Shown: one piece after another, positions 10,305 to 19,685 of the stretch
Layout of the letters: each line of letters begins with the position of its first letter
Numbering within the stretch: position 1 is the first letter of the stretch
Origin: Candidatus Bathyarchaeia archaeon
Lineage (GTDB): Archaea; Thermoproteota; Bathyarchaeia; Bathyarchaeales; Bathycorpusculaceae
Reading direction: 5' to 3'
Assembly: GCA_038882655.1 (NCBI GenBank)
Contig: JAVZNT010000001.1
Span: 1-64,000 of the forward strand
DNA: 64,000 nucleotides
Notes under the pieces: model-generated
Told to the model about the DNA's origin: nothing
Databases searched by the model: none
What the model saw: the letters and a program-made list of their open reading frames with translations, nothing else
Program-made: the position numbers and the translations under genes

Positions 10305-10590
10305 GCTGCTTCCCTTTCAGGTTGAATGGCTTCCCTCCAGAGAGAATCTTTTCCGGGATTTTTTCCTTCCACTTTTTGAGGAATGGCAAATCTTCATTTT
10401 CTTTGCGCAGTTCGTCAGGAAGCATTTCTGGAATTTCATCGCGGATGGGATACCATCTTAGGCATTTTGGACAAACAATTAAGCCTTCAACAATCTCGTC
10501 TTTTTCCTCAAAGATGTAAAGCTCCAGCGGGTGGTGTTTATCGATGGGACACGCGAGTATCTCCATCAGTCTTCTTTTAATTTTTCGCAC
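10294..10590 (-). CDS. Trm112-family methyltransferase activator
   Basis: LMEILACPID...EGLIVCPKCLRWYPIRDEIPEML. Confidence 0.88.
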   Translation of the reverse strand: MRKIKRRLMEILACPIDKHHPLELYIFEEKDEIVEGLIVCPKCLRWYPIRDEIPEMLPDELRKENEDLPFLKKWKEKIPEKILSGGKPFNLKGKQPIS

Positions 10591-10636
10591 CTCCTTTAAA
10601 CTAAGACTTTACATAGCCATCAGTATATAAAAGCAT

Positions 10637-11524
10637 TCAATTTCCTTTAGGATTCTTGACAGACACATTGTGGTTTGAATGTGCCCTAATATCCAACACA
10701 ATCTGGTACCAGTTTGGACCAGTTGTGCGGACAACTCTGCCGAAGGGAATTTCAAATAGTGCTCCCAAAGCTTCAAGTCTTTTTGAAACCTTAACTCTAG
10801 CCTTTTCAACGGCATTTTCCCTCTTTATGGCATGTTCAAAATTGTAATAATGTATCCATCCTTCTCCATTTCTTAAGGCTGAGAGGGCGTAGGGCAAATA
10901 TTCAAAGGCTTTTTCTGGCAGTGGCATCAGCACTCTGTCGGCTACGTTATGTAATATTTTTTGGACTATTTCTTTGGCGTCTCCTTCTATTGGGATAACT
11001 TTTCCAAAGGCTTTGTTCAGCCTAATATTTTCCCTCATGTATTGAATGGCTATGGGGTTGATGTCTATCGAGTAGATTTTTGCAGCGTTTGAGTGTTTGG
11101 CAACCACTAAGGAGAAGCACCCTACCCCAGCAAACATGTTCACGATGGTTTCTCCATCCCCAACAAGTTTGGCAATCCGCATCCTCTCATAGAAAAGTCT
11201 AGGCGAAAAATAGCACTTATTCATGTCCACTGAAAATAGGCATCCAGACTCTTTATGGATGGTTATTGTTCTTTTTTCTCCGGCTATATGCTCCAGTTTC
11301 CTAAGCCTATAATCCCCGTAAACAGGGCTTGTCTGCGCCAAGACAGTTTTAACGTTTTTATGAACTTTCATGATGGTTTCAGCAATTATTTGGCTATACT
11401 TCGCGGATTTTTCAGTCAAACGTATGATGGCTATGTCCCCAACAATATCGTAAGAATTGTAGATGTTAGGTAATTCCTCTGGTGGAAGAATTTCCAACAA
11501 GAGTGTCTTTAAGCGCTTTTTCAT
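10637..11524 (-). CDS. Trm5/Met10+-family tRNA G37 methyltransferase
   Basis: YDIVGDIAII, YFSPRL..ER, NMFAGVG.F, DRVLMPLP. Confidence 0.88.
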   Translation of the reverse strand: MKKRLKTLLLEILPPEELPNIYNSYDIVGDIAIIRLTEKSAKYSQIIAETIMKVHKNVKTVLAQTSPVYGDYRLRKLEHIAGEKRTITIHKESGCLFSVDMNKCYFSPRLFYERMRIAKLVGDGETIVNMFAGVGCFSLVVAKHSNAAKIYSIDINPIAIQYMRENIRLNKAFGKVIPIEGDAKEIVQKILHNVADRVLMPLPEKAFEYLPYALSALRNGEGWIHYYNFEHAIKRENAVEKARVKVSKRLEALGALFEIPFGRVVRTTGPNWYQIVLDIRAHSNHNVSVKNPKGN

Positions 11525-11602
11525 TGCTGGGCCTCACTACGATATTAGTGGTATTGGAAATGCTTAAAAGCAAAAACCCCTCTGTAATGGGAGAGTGATA
11601 TC

Positions 11603-11770
11603 ATGGAAAAAATAACAACCGGAATCGTTTACGAGTGTCTGCGCTGTGGGGCAAGGGTTTCTACAGAAGAGCTTGAACTTCGTGGCGGGGAAATAAAATG
11701 CACCGTGTGCGGCTACCGGGTCTTGAAAAAAATAAGGCCGCCAGTTGTTAAACGTATCCAAGCAAAATAG
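11603..11770 (+). CDS. rpoP: DNA-directed RNA polymerase subunit P (Rpo12); absent from ORF track
   Basis: Manual translation MEKITTGIVYECLRCGARVSTEELELRGGEIKCTVCGYRVLKKIRPPVVKRIQAK: CxxC..CxxCG zinc ribbon. Confidence 0.92.
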   Translation: MEKITTGIVYECLRCGARVSTEELELRGGEIKCTVCGYRVLKKIRPPVVKRIQAK

Positions 11771-11828
11771 TGTCCAGTAAGTTAATTTTTGAGGCCCAGT
11801 GTTGAAAGCTTAAGCTTCAAAGGCTAGT

Positions 11829-12137
11829 TTAGAATAGTTCTCTTTCCCCTATTTTGCGTAGGGCTCTTCCTCTAAGCTTTATTGCCGGTCCAACAACTTC
11901 TTCTGGCTGTTTTTCAGTTGTCTTTCTCTTGACGGTTTCTCCACAGATTCCTCGTGGAAGGAGTCTTCTTTTTGTGCAAAGCGCGTATGAACAATTTGCC
12001 ACATTGCACATGTCTTCAGTCCAGCGGCACCAAACTCCGTTTCGGCGGTAAACAGCAGCATTTTTACCACACTTAAAGAGTTCACATGTGGGAGAACACA
12101 TCTTTACCTGCGCCAATGTGGATACAACCTTTCTCAA
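11829..12137 (-). CDS. Cys-rich hypothetical protein
   Basis: Eight Cys in about 55 aa (CSPTC..C..WC..C..C..C..C) and a basic tail. Confidence 0.65.
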   Translation of the reverse strand: MRKVVSTLAQVKMCSPTCELFKCGKNAAVYRRNGVWCRWTEDMCNVANCSYALCTKRRLLPRGICGETVKRKTTEKQPEEVVGPAIKLRGRALRKIGERELF

Positions 12138-12231
12138 TTATTCTAAAATCTTAGTTTCCACAGCTTTCTCTTGTAATATGTTCGCAACATTTTGATATAA
12201 AGTTTTTCCCATAAAACTCAATATTTAAACT

Positions 12232-14340
12232 CTAACTTGAAACTTTGCCCGATTTAAATCGTCTCCCCCTCACAATTTCTATTATTGCAACTAGCACTAT
12301 CGTGGCAAGGATTAAAAGGGTCATGGCAAACTTGCCTGTGTCAACCAGCAAACCTGCTAAAATAACATACTTTCCCAGTTTAACCAAAATCGGATTTGAA
12401 TAATCTCTTTTCTCGCCAATATACATTATAAGCGTAGCTTCCGGCAGGTTCTGATTTGCCAAATAAACTTTTATGGTTAATGTTCCGCCAATTTCTTTAA
12501 AAGTGGCTATGCCGTCGGCTCCCGTAACGTTTGAGCGGATTTTGACGCCGTTTCTTTCTAGGGTTACGTTTGCGTTTGGAATTGGTTGTCCAAAATAGTC
12601 AACAACTTTAACAGTAATTGGTAGATTGTAAAGGATGCAATAAAATGGTGATGTAGTGTTTTCGCCAAATAACACAACCGGCTCCTTTGTTTCATTCAAT
12701 AGTATTCCGTCAAAATAGACCTTGACATGATATTTTCCGAAAATACAGTTGAGGACAGCGTTTCCGTTGCGATCCGTGCGATTAATATACTTTGCGCCAA
12801 CCTCTAAATCAAATGCTTCAACGGTGGCACCATTTATAGGGTTGCCTTCGCCGTCGAAAACAGTTACATGCATGGGAAATACCGGGCAAGTTATGTTTAG
12901 GTCATTCCATGCGCGTGGCTCCATCTTGTAGACCGTTTGAATGAAATTTTTTCCGTAGCGCAAGGCAATAATTGTATGGTTTACATTCGGCAAAAGTGAG
13001 CGAAACTGTGCGGTTCCCGTTATGTCGGTTAGGATAAAATTAACATATTCGTCGTTTTTTCCATCCAAATCTCTGGTAAAATTGCAAGATAAGGTTACAT
13101 TTACAAATGGAATAGTTATTGCCGTATTTTGCGCGCTCACCACTCTTATTCTAAGGTTTGTAAGCTGGCACGCGATGTTAAACGTTTCTTCTCGATCTAT
13201 ACGATGCAAGGAAGTTTGGTTGACTTTAACTCCCTTATAATACGCGGTGAAGTTGTATTCGCCAACTTCTAGCGTTAGACTTGCAAAACCAGTTCCGTTG
13301 CTTACAACATCATTGTAGGTTTTGTTTGCCCACAGGTCATACGTCCTTAAGGTAACATTTGAAACAGTTTCACCGGCGAGGTTACGCGTATAAATTTCAA
13401 TTTTGAAGCCTGGAACGGTGAAGTTTTGAATGTCTGCGGGCGTTTTCCTTGTTATACTTGATATGGATGTTATGTTGACTTTGTATGCTCCTATCGTTGC
13501 GTTTTCTGGAATACGCCAGTCTGCGTAGTGAATTGTTCCGTTGTCATCCGCCATAAGGTCTATGGAGTGATGCAGGTCTTTTCCCACTATTGTTAGGGTA
13601 ACATTTTCACGAGGAGTATACACCGCTTTAATATCTACTATTTGACGTCTGTGGTACTCTGTTGAGTTTGTTAAACCTATAAAGAAGGTTGTTGTGGCAA
13701 GTGTTGCATTAAAGAATACCCGATATGTTCCAGTGATATTAGTGCGCGCATCAGAGAAGTTGCCCGGGTAAGAGATTGTTACGTTTCCGCTTCCAACATT
13801 TGAAGTTTGGACGTTAAATATGTCCGTGTATGTTTTGTTATTCGGTGCTTGGACCGTGATGTTTGCGCCATAAGCTTGGCTGGCTTGTCCCCCAGTTATG
13901 TTTATGAAAATTTTAACTTCGTCTCCTTCTTGAAGTTGGCGTTTTTCAAGCGGTTTTGGGGCGTCTGTGTCAAGCGAATATGAAGTTAAAACTGTAAATG
14001 TTGCTCTATGACGTTCTCCCGTGCTTAAATCAATTATTGTTATGTTATGGGCACCTTGCCTTGCAGGAGGAATCGTAATAGATACATTGACGAAATTTCC
14101 TTCAGCATTTCCGCTGGTTCTGTTTTCGTTGTCAAATTGTATCACGAATTCTCCATTTGGAGTTGTTACGTTAGCAACCACTTGAACGTTTGTTCCCACA
14201 AATCCGGAAGAGGGAGTTATGGAGATTATCTTTGTTTCAGCCTTCAAGTGGGGTGTAAACAAAATTGTTGTGAGAATGGAAATTAAAAGGGTAAGCATAA
14301 TTATCAGATGTTTAACTTTTTTGGGGGTGTTTTGTGGCAA
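12232..14340 (-). CDS. Secreted, membrane-anchored surface glycoprotein with Ig-like/carboxypeptidase-regulatory-like repeats
   Basis: N-terminal signal peptide, many N-x-S/T sequons, VxVxDxxGxPIxNAxV repeats, C-terminal TM followed by basic tail. Confidence 0.8.
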   Translation of the reverse strand: MPQNTPKKVKHLIIMLTLLISILTTILFTPHLKAETKIISITPSSGFVGTNVQVVANVTTPNGEFVIQFDNENRTSGNAEGNFVNVSITIPPARQGAHNITIIDLSTGERHRATFTVLTSYSLDTDAPKPLEKRQLQEGDEVKIFINITGGQASQAYGANITVQAPNNKTYTDIFNVQTSNVGSGNVTISYPGNFSDARTNITGTYRVFFNATLATTTFFIGLTNSTEYHRRQIVDIKAVYTPRENVTLTIVGKDLHHSIDLMADDNGTIHYADWRIPENATIGAYKVNITSISSITRKTPADIQNFTVPGFKIEIYTRNLAGETVSNVTLRTYDLWANKTYNDVVSNGTGFASLTLEVGEYNFTAYYKGVKVNQTSLHRIDREETFNIACQLTNLRIRVVSAQNTAITIPFVNVTLSCNFTRDLDGKNDEYVNFILTDITGTAQFRSLLPNVNHTIIALRYGKNFIQTVYKMEPRAWNDLNITCPVFPMHVTVFDGEGNPINGATVEAFDLEVGAKYINRTDRNGNAVLNCIFGKYHVKVYFDGILLNETKEPVVLFGENTTSPFYCILYNLPITVKVVDYFGQPIPNANVTLERNGVKIRSNVTGADGIATFKEIGGTLTIKVYLANQNLPEATLIMYIGEKRDYSNPILVKLGKYVILAGLLVDTGKFAMTLLILATIVLVAIIEIVRGRRFKSGKVSS

Positions 14341-14507
14341 GGTTCTCTCCTCATCGCATTCGAATTGTAAAACTTCTAATGCTCAGAATGTTTTAAACTT
14401 TACCTTTTTCTTTTCGATTTAAGATTTAAATTATGAATTTTTAAACTCTTATGGCGATTAATTTAAATCATTAACACGCGAGATTACACATACATAGGTG
14501 TCTTGCT

Positions 14508-15689
14508 ATGATCAACGAAATTCTAGCTTTGGTCGAGAAGCATGAACGTTGGCGTGGGAAAGAATGCCTAAATCTTATTCCGTCAGAGAATGTTATGAGC
14601 CCAGCTGTGCGTAGCCTCTTAAGCTCTGAGTTTGGTCACCGCTACACTGCCAAAGACCACTTTTATATGGGTACGAGGTTTATGGATGAGGTTGAGCAGT
14701 TTGGGGAAGAACTGGCGAAAGAAGTTTTTGGAGTTGAAACTGCTGATTTGCGTCCGCTTTCTGGACACGTTGCTGACATGATTTTTGTGGCTTGTTTCTC
14801 TAAGCCCGGCGATGCGCTCATGTGTGTCTCGCCAGAAGACGGTGGCTACCCCGGATTATGGCACGACGGATTGGCCGGACTTTTGGGTTTAAGGGTGGTC
14901 CCTTTTCCCTTTGTGAAGGACACTATGAACATTGATGTTGGAAAAACCGAAGAAACCATTAAGCGTGTAAAGCCTAAACTCATAATTTTTGGAGCAAGCC
15001 TCATAACCTTTCCCCACCCCGTTAAAGAGTTAGCCAACATTGCCCGTGAAAATTGTGCATGTGCGGGTTTTGATGGTTCCCATGTTTTGGGGCTTATTGC
15101 TGGAAAGCGCTTTCAAGACCCTTTAAGGGAGGGCGCATGTGCCCTATTTGGCTCTACACACAAGTCCTTCTTCGGACCGCAAGGCGGCATAATTCTCGCT
15201 GATAAAGAGCATGGCGAAGTAATGAAGGCTAAAATTTACCCCAGGTTTGTGGACAACGCCCATTGGAACCGCATTGCAGCATTAACTTTGGCTCTTGCCG
15301 AAATGAAGGAGTTTGGCAAAGAATATGCCGAACAAGTCATCCGTAACGCGAAGGCTTTGGCTAAAAGCCTGCACGAGTATGGCTTTCCAGTTAAATGCCC
15401 ACATTTAGGATTTACTCAGTCCCACCAAGCTATCCTAGATTTTGGAAATTACGAGCGGGGTAGAGAGATGGCTGAAAAACTTCAGCGAGCAAACATAATT
15501 GTTGACTGTGTTATAAGGCTTGGAACATGCGAGGTTACGAGGCGTGGAATGAAGGAGGAGGAGATGGCAAAAATAGCCGAGCTTGTTAAAAGGACAGTTT
15601 TAGATGACGAAAATCCAGAGACTATTAAGCATGAAGTTGCTAAGCTATGCTCAGAATTTCAGGACATTGAATACTGTTTTAAGCGGTGA
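14508..15689 (+). CDS. glyA: Serine hydroxymethyltransferase
   Basis: LNLIPSEN, DGSHVLGLIAG, STHKSFFGPQGG (PLP lysine), IRLGT.EVTRRG. Confidence 0.93.
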   Translation: MINEILALVEKHERWRGKECLNLIPSENVMSPAVRSLLSSEFGHRYTAKDHFYMGTRFMDEVEQFGEELAKEVFGVETADLRPLSGHVADMIFVACFSKPGDALMCVSPEDGGYPGLWHDGLAGLLGLRVVPFPFVKDTMNIDVGKTEETIKRVKPKLIIFGASLITFPHPVKELANIARENCACAGFDGSHVLGLIAGKRFQDPLREGACALFGSTHKSFFGPQGGIILADKEHGEVMKAKIYPRFVDNAHWNRIAALTLALAEMKEFGKEYAEQVIRNAKALAKSLHEYGFPVKCPHLGFTQSHQAILDFGNYERGREMAEKLQRANIIVDCVIRLGTCEVTRRGMKEEEMAKIAELVKRTVLDDENPETIKHEVAKLCSEFQDIEYCFKR

Positions 15690-15757
15690 TAAAGGGCACT
15701 TTTATAAAATCGTCTAAGTTTTTAATTGTGGAAAAGCTATTTCATGTGGCGTTAGCT

Positions 15758-16717
15758 ATGAGCCTTGTTCCGGAAACATTAATTGAAGCGTTGAAGAAGC
15801 ACAAATACCACATTGTGGGTAGGCATTCGGCTGTTAAAAGGTGTAGGTGGCTTTATGAAAGTCTTATCAATGATAGACCTTGCTACAAGCAGAAGTTTTA
15901 TGGGATAAAATCCCACCAATGCATTCAAATGACGCCAGTGCTTTTTTACTGCACGCAGAGATGCCTTTTCTGCTGGAGAGCCCAAAGCGGAGACCTCCAA
16001 ATCACATGGAAGGAGACTCAACTACCAAAATGGGATTTTCCAGAAGAAATTGTAGAGAGAAGCATCAAGGCTCAGCTTGAAATTTTAAGCGGATATAAAG
16101 GAAATTCAAAGGCAGACCCGCAGAAATTTAAGGAAGCCTTGAAGCCAAAACACGCGGCAATAAGCCTAACTGGCGAACCAACCCTCTACGAACCTATAAA
16201 CGAGCTTATAAACGCCTTTCACAGAAGGGGGTTTACCACTTTTCTTGTGTCTAACGGCACTGTTCCATCCGCGCTGGCTAAACTAAGTCACGAGCCAACC
16301 CAGCTTTACATTTCTGTATGTGCTCCAAATAAGGAAATTCACCGAAAAGTCTGTCGTCCAATATCCGCAAGCGCTTGGGAGAAGCTTAACGAAACACTGG
16401 AGCTTCTTCAAAGTTTTCGCTGTCCGACAGTGATTCGCATAACTGCTGTGCACGGTCTCAATATAGGAAATATTGAGGAATATGCCAAATTAATAGAGAA
16501 GGCTAACCCTACATATGTTGAGCCTAAAGCCTACATGCATGTTGGTTTTTCAAGACTGCGATTGGGTTACGAGAGCATGCCAAGCCATAAAGAAATACGT
16601 GAATTTGCGCTGCGACTCGCAAACGCCACCAGTTACAAAGTTGTTGACGAGTCGGAAGAGAGCCGTGTAGTATTGTTGAGTAGACTTGAAAAGCCCATAA
16701 AATTTTCATCAAGTTAA
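15758..16717 (+). CDS. taw1: 4-demethylwyosine synthase (radical SAM)
   Basis: HSAVKRCRW, CYKQKFYGI.SHQC, CTQRCLFCWR, ISLTGEP, KAYMHVG.SR. Confidence 0.93.
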   Translation: MSLVPETLIEALKKHKYHIVGRHSAVKRCRWLYESLINDRPCYKQKFYGIKSHQCIQMTPVLFYCTQRCLFCWRAQSGDLQITWKETQLPKWDFPEEIVERSIKAQLEILSGYKGNSKADPQKFKEALKPKHAAISLTGEPTLYEPINELINAFHRRGFTTFLVSNGTVPSALAKLSHEPTQLYISVCAPNKEIHRKVCRPISASAWEKLNETLELLQSFRCPTVIRITAVHGLNIGNIEEYAKLIEKANPTYVEPKAYMHVGFSRLRLGYESMPSHKEIREFALRLANATSYKVVDESEESRVVLLSRLEKPIKFSSS

Positions 16718-16809
16718 TGCTTTTCCTTACTTGGGATTGTCGGAGTAAAGGTTAAATAACTCGCTTTTTATTCATTGGTGTTCAAAATCGTTTCATCGAG
16801 GTGCAACCA

Positions 16810-17013
16810 ATGGTTAGTGAAGGGAAAGGCAGATTATTCAGGAGGAAAGACGGCAAATTCCTAATATACTTGCCGAAGGACTTGGCCGAAGACAGCATGT
16901 TCCCCTTTAAAGGCTCAGACTCGATATTCGTAAAAGTAAGCTTCAAAATCGGAGACGACAAATTACTTATTGAGCGTTGGCAAGAACAAGAAAAACAGCA
17001 GCAAAGCAGCTAA
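16810..17013 (+). CDS. Small protein, AbrB/MazE-like swapped-hairpin candidate
   Basis: RKDGKFLIYLPKDLAED...VKV...DKLLIE resembles the AbrB-type fold. Confidence 0.55.
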   Translation: MVSEGKGRLFRRKDGKFLIYLPKDLAEDSMFPFKGSDSIFVKVSFKIGDDKLLIERWQEQEKQQQSS

Positions 17014-17112
17014 AAGCCACAAAGCGCTCAAAATTTGCCGCCCTCTCCCTCAATTATTTTGGCAACGATAAAATAGCAGTTACCCTCTATTTTATAAGGA
17101 CACTAAGATAGA

Positions 17113-17781
17113 GTGTTAACGCCTATGATGTCTTTAAAGGCTGTTTTAAAGCAGATTAGAAGAGAGCTTAAGGGCAAGGAGAAGATTCGAGATAAAGCTC
17201 AAGTTGATATGAGAAAGTTGACCAGCATCTCTAAGCAGGCAATACTCTTTATTCACCAGAAAAGGTTCAAAGAGGCGAGGCGACTTCTTGAAAAGGCTAA
17301 GGAAATAATTTCTAGGCTTAATTCGGTTGAAAGGGAACATCCGGACATAACTCACAGCGGTTTGTACGACGTTGCCCTTCAAGAGTATGCTGAGGCAAAC
17401 ATATTTCTAACACTGATTAGGGAGGGGCGCTTTGTTACACCTATGGAAATTAATGTGCCTTCTGTAGATTATGTTCTTGGGCTTGCAGATGTTATTGGCG
17501 AGTATAGGCGTTTGGCTTTGGATGCTCTGCGTGAAGGTGACGCGAGGAGAAGCGAGCAATGCCTAATGGTGATGGATGAGATTTACACTGAGCTTATGGC
17601 TATGGATGAAGCTTACATGTTGGTTCCGGGGCTTCGAAGAAAATGCGATGTTGCGAGAAGAATTATTGAAACAACAAGGGGCGACGTGACCCACGAAGTG
17701 CGGAGGCAATCCCTTGAAAAGTACATGAAGCGTTTTGAAAAGCTAGAGAAGCGCTTTGAGACTCTTGAAAAAGGAAGATAA
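17113..17781 (+). CDS. Translin/TRAX family protein
   Basis: ALQEYAEA, YVLGLADVIGE.RR, GLRRKCDVAR. Confidence 0.88.
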   Translation: MLTPMMSLKAVLKQIRRELKGKEKIRDKAQVDMRKLTSISKQAILFIHQKRFKEARRLLEKAKEIISRLNSVEREHPDITHSGLYDVALQEYAEANIFLTLIREGRFVTPMEINVPSVDYVLGLADVIGEYRRLALDALREGDARRSEQCLMVMDEIYTELMAMDEAYMLVPGLRRKCDVARRIIETTRGDVTHEVRRQSLEKYMKRFEKLEKRFETLEKGR

Positions 17782-18471
17782 ATGAGCCTAGCTGATTTAA
17801 AGTCCCACTTTTCAATTGAGAAGGCGCATAAGACGCAGCTTCAACTTTCAAAGCACATCATTCTTGAGGACAAGTTACCAAATGAAATCCATTATGTTGC
17901 GGGCGTTGACGTTGCCTACTATGGAAACTTAGCCATAAGCGCTGTTGCCGTCCTAAACTATGATAGTTTAGAGCTTGTTGAGGCTCAAACAGCCACCAGT
18001 AAAGTTACCTTCCCGTATGTTCCAACACTTCTTTCATTTAGAGAGTTGCCGCCCACGCTCATGTGCATTAAGAAGTTGAAAACTCAGCCGGATCTTTTCT
18101 TAGTTGATGGGCAAGGCGTTGCGCATCCATATCGATGTGGTTTTGCAAGCCACTTGGGGGTCATTTTAAAGAAGCCTACCATAGGTGTTGCAAAAAGCAG
18201 ACTAGTTGGCGAAGTGACGCCTTTCGGCGATAGAGATTTCGCCTATCTCTGGCATGAGGACGAGATTGTTGGAGCTGCATTAAAGACTTCCACTGGAAAG
18301 GTTGTTTACGTTAGTGTTGGACACATGGTTTCGCTTGAAACAGCTATAAAAATTGTTAGGCATTGCACGCGTTACAGTGGTGTTCCAGAACCGTTAAGAA
18401 TGGCGCATGAAATAGCGACGGATAAGCGGAACAAGATTCGCCTTGGGTGTTCTTCTAGTTGTAAAATGTAA
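17782..18471 (+). CDS. nfi: Endonuclease V
   Basis: AGVDVAY, FPYVPTLLSFRE, VDGQG.AHP..G.ASH, IGVAKS, PEPLR.AH. Confidence 0.95.
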   Translation: MSLADLKSHFSIEKAHKTQLQLSKHIILEDKLPNEIHYVAGVDVAYYGNLAISAVAVLNYDSLELVEAQTATSKVTFPYVPTLLSFRELPPTLMCIKKLKTQPDLFLVDGQGVAHPYRCGFASHLGVILKKPTIGVAKSRLVGEVTPFGDRDFAYLWHEDEIVGAALKTSTGKVVYVSVGHMVSLETAIKIVRHCTRYSGVPEPLRMAHEIATDKRNKIRLGCSSSCKM

Positions 18472-18529
18472 TATTGTTGAAAGTGTAAAATAGGTGAATG
18501 CAATCAGCCACCTGGTGGATGTGTGAAAT

Positions 18530-19264
18530 TTGCTTCATCCAAAAATAAAGCCTTTAACGGAAAAAATTCGCGACAAGGAACTTCGTAAAAAGGTTATTGA
18601 GCTTCTTGAGAATCCTGTTTTTGAGATTGACGGAAAGGTTTACTCTGGTTTACCGTTAAATGTTGCGCCAGCCGGCTTGTCTCATCATCACTGTTATCCC
18701 GGCGGCTATGTGGAGCACATCGTTTCTGCAACTAATTTGGCTTTGGCATTGTGCAATTCTGTTGAGAAGGTTTATCATGGGAAGGTGAACCGCGACATTG
18801 TTGTGGCTGGCATGCTGCTTCACGACATCTTTAAACCAGTAACCTACACGGTGAATGAGAATGGGAGTTATGGCACAACTGGTTTGGCTGATTACATGGA
18901 CCACTTGTCCATCGTCATATCAGAGCTTGTTCGAAGGGGCTTCCCGCTGGAGCTTATTCATGTAGTTTCTGCTCATCACGGTGAATACGGTCCTATCAGA
19001 CCGCACACCATTGAAGCTTTAATTTGCCATCTGGCGGATTTGATGGATTCACGGTTAAACGGCGAAGTCTTGAACGCTGCTGCTTATTTGGTTAGGAAGG
19101 CTGTTGGCGAAGATTTGCGGGGCTTAACTTCAAAAGAAGCCTTCGAAATAATCCATTCGAAGGTTGCCGAAGGATGGGAGGGCGTGGCAAAAACCGTTAA
19201 AAAGCTAAAGAAGAGGAGGCTGCACACAAAACTTAAAAACGCCGCATATACGAATTTGAGGTGA
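18530..19264 (+). CDS. HD-domain phosphohydrolase (YhaM/MptB-like)
   Basis: APAG..HHH.YPGG..EH, LLHDIFK, SAHHG, HLADLMDS. Confidence 0.85.
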   Translation: MLHPKIKPLTEKIRDKELRKKVIELLENPVFEIDGKVYSGLPLNVAPAGLSHHHCYPGGYVEHIVSATNLALALCNSVEKVYHGKVNRDIVVAGMLLHDIFKPVTYTVNENGSYGTTGLADYMDHLSIVISELVRRGFPLELIHVVSAHHGEYGPIRPHTIEALICHLADLMDSRLNGEVLNAAAYLVRKAVGEDLRGLTSKEAFEIIHSKVAEGWEGVAKTVKKLKKRRLHTKLKNAAYTNLR

Positions 19265-19599
19265 TGCCTATGACGGAAATAACATTTGAAGAGTTTCAAA
19301 AACTTGACATGCGTGTTGGAAAAGTTTTGGAGGCAAACCAGATTCCGGGTTCACGGAACCTCATAAGGATGATTGTGGACTTCGGTACGGAAAAACGTCA
19401 AGCTGTCGCTGGACTTCTCCAATGGTATAAGCCAGAAGACCTTGTTGGCAAGAAATACGCCTTCATCCTAAATCTTCAACGGAGAAAGTTCATGGGTGTG
19501 GAATCTCAATGCATGATTTTGGCGGCTGAAGACGAAAAAGGCAACGTTGTAGCCCTACAACCAGAAAAGGATATAGCTGAAGGAAGCAAAATCCATTAG
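19264..19599 (+). CDS. tRNA-binding OB-fold protein (Trbp111/CsaA, MetRS C-terminal-like)
   Basis: FEEFQKLDMRVGKV, VDFG..RQ, NL..RKFMGVESQ.MILAA. Confidence 0.9.
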   Translation: MPMTEITFEEFQKLDMRVGKVLEANQIPGSRNLIRMIVDFGTEKRQAVAGLLQWYKPEDLVGKKYAFILNLQRRKFMGVESQCMILAAEDEKGNVVALQPEKDIAEGSKIH

Positions 19600-19685
19600 G
19601 TTTCAGACTTCGAACAAGATTTTGACTATAACTGTTAAATATTTCCAGCATTGAAATTATGGTCTGTACTTAGGATGGAATAAAT

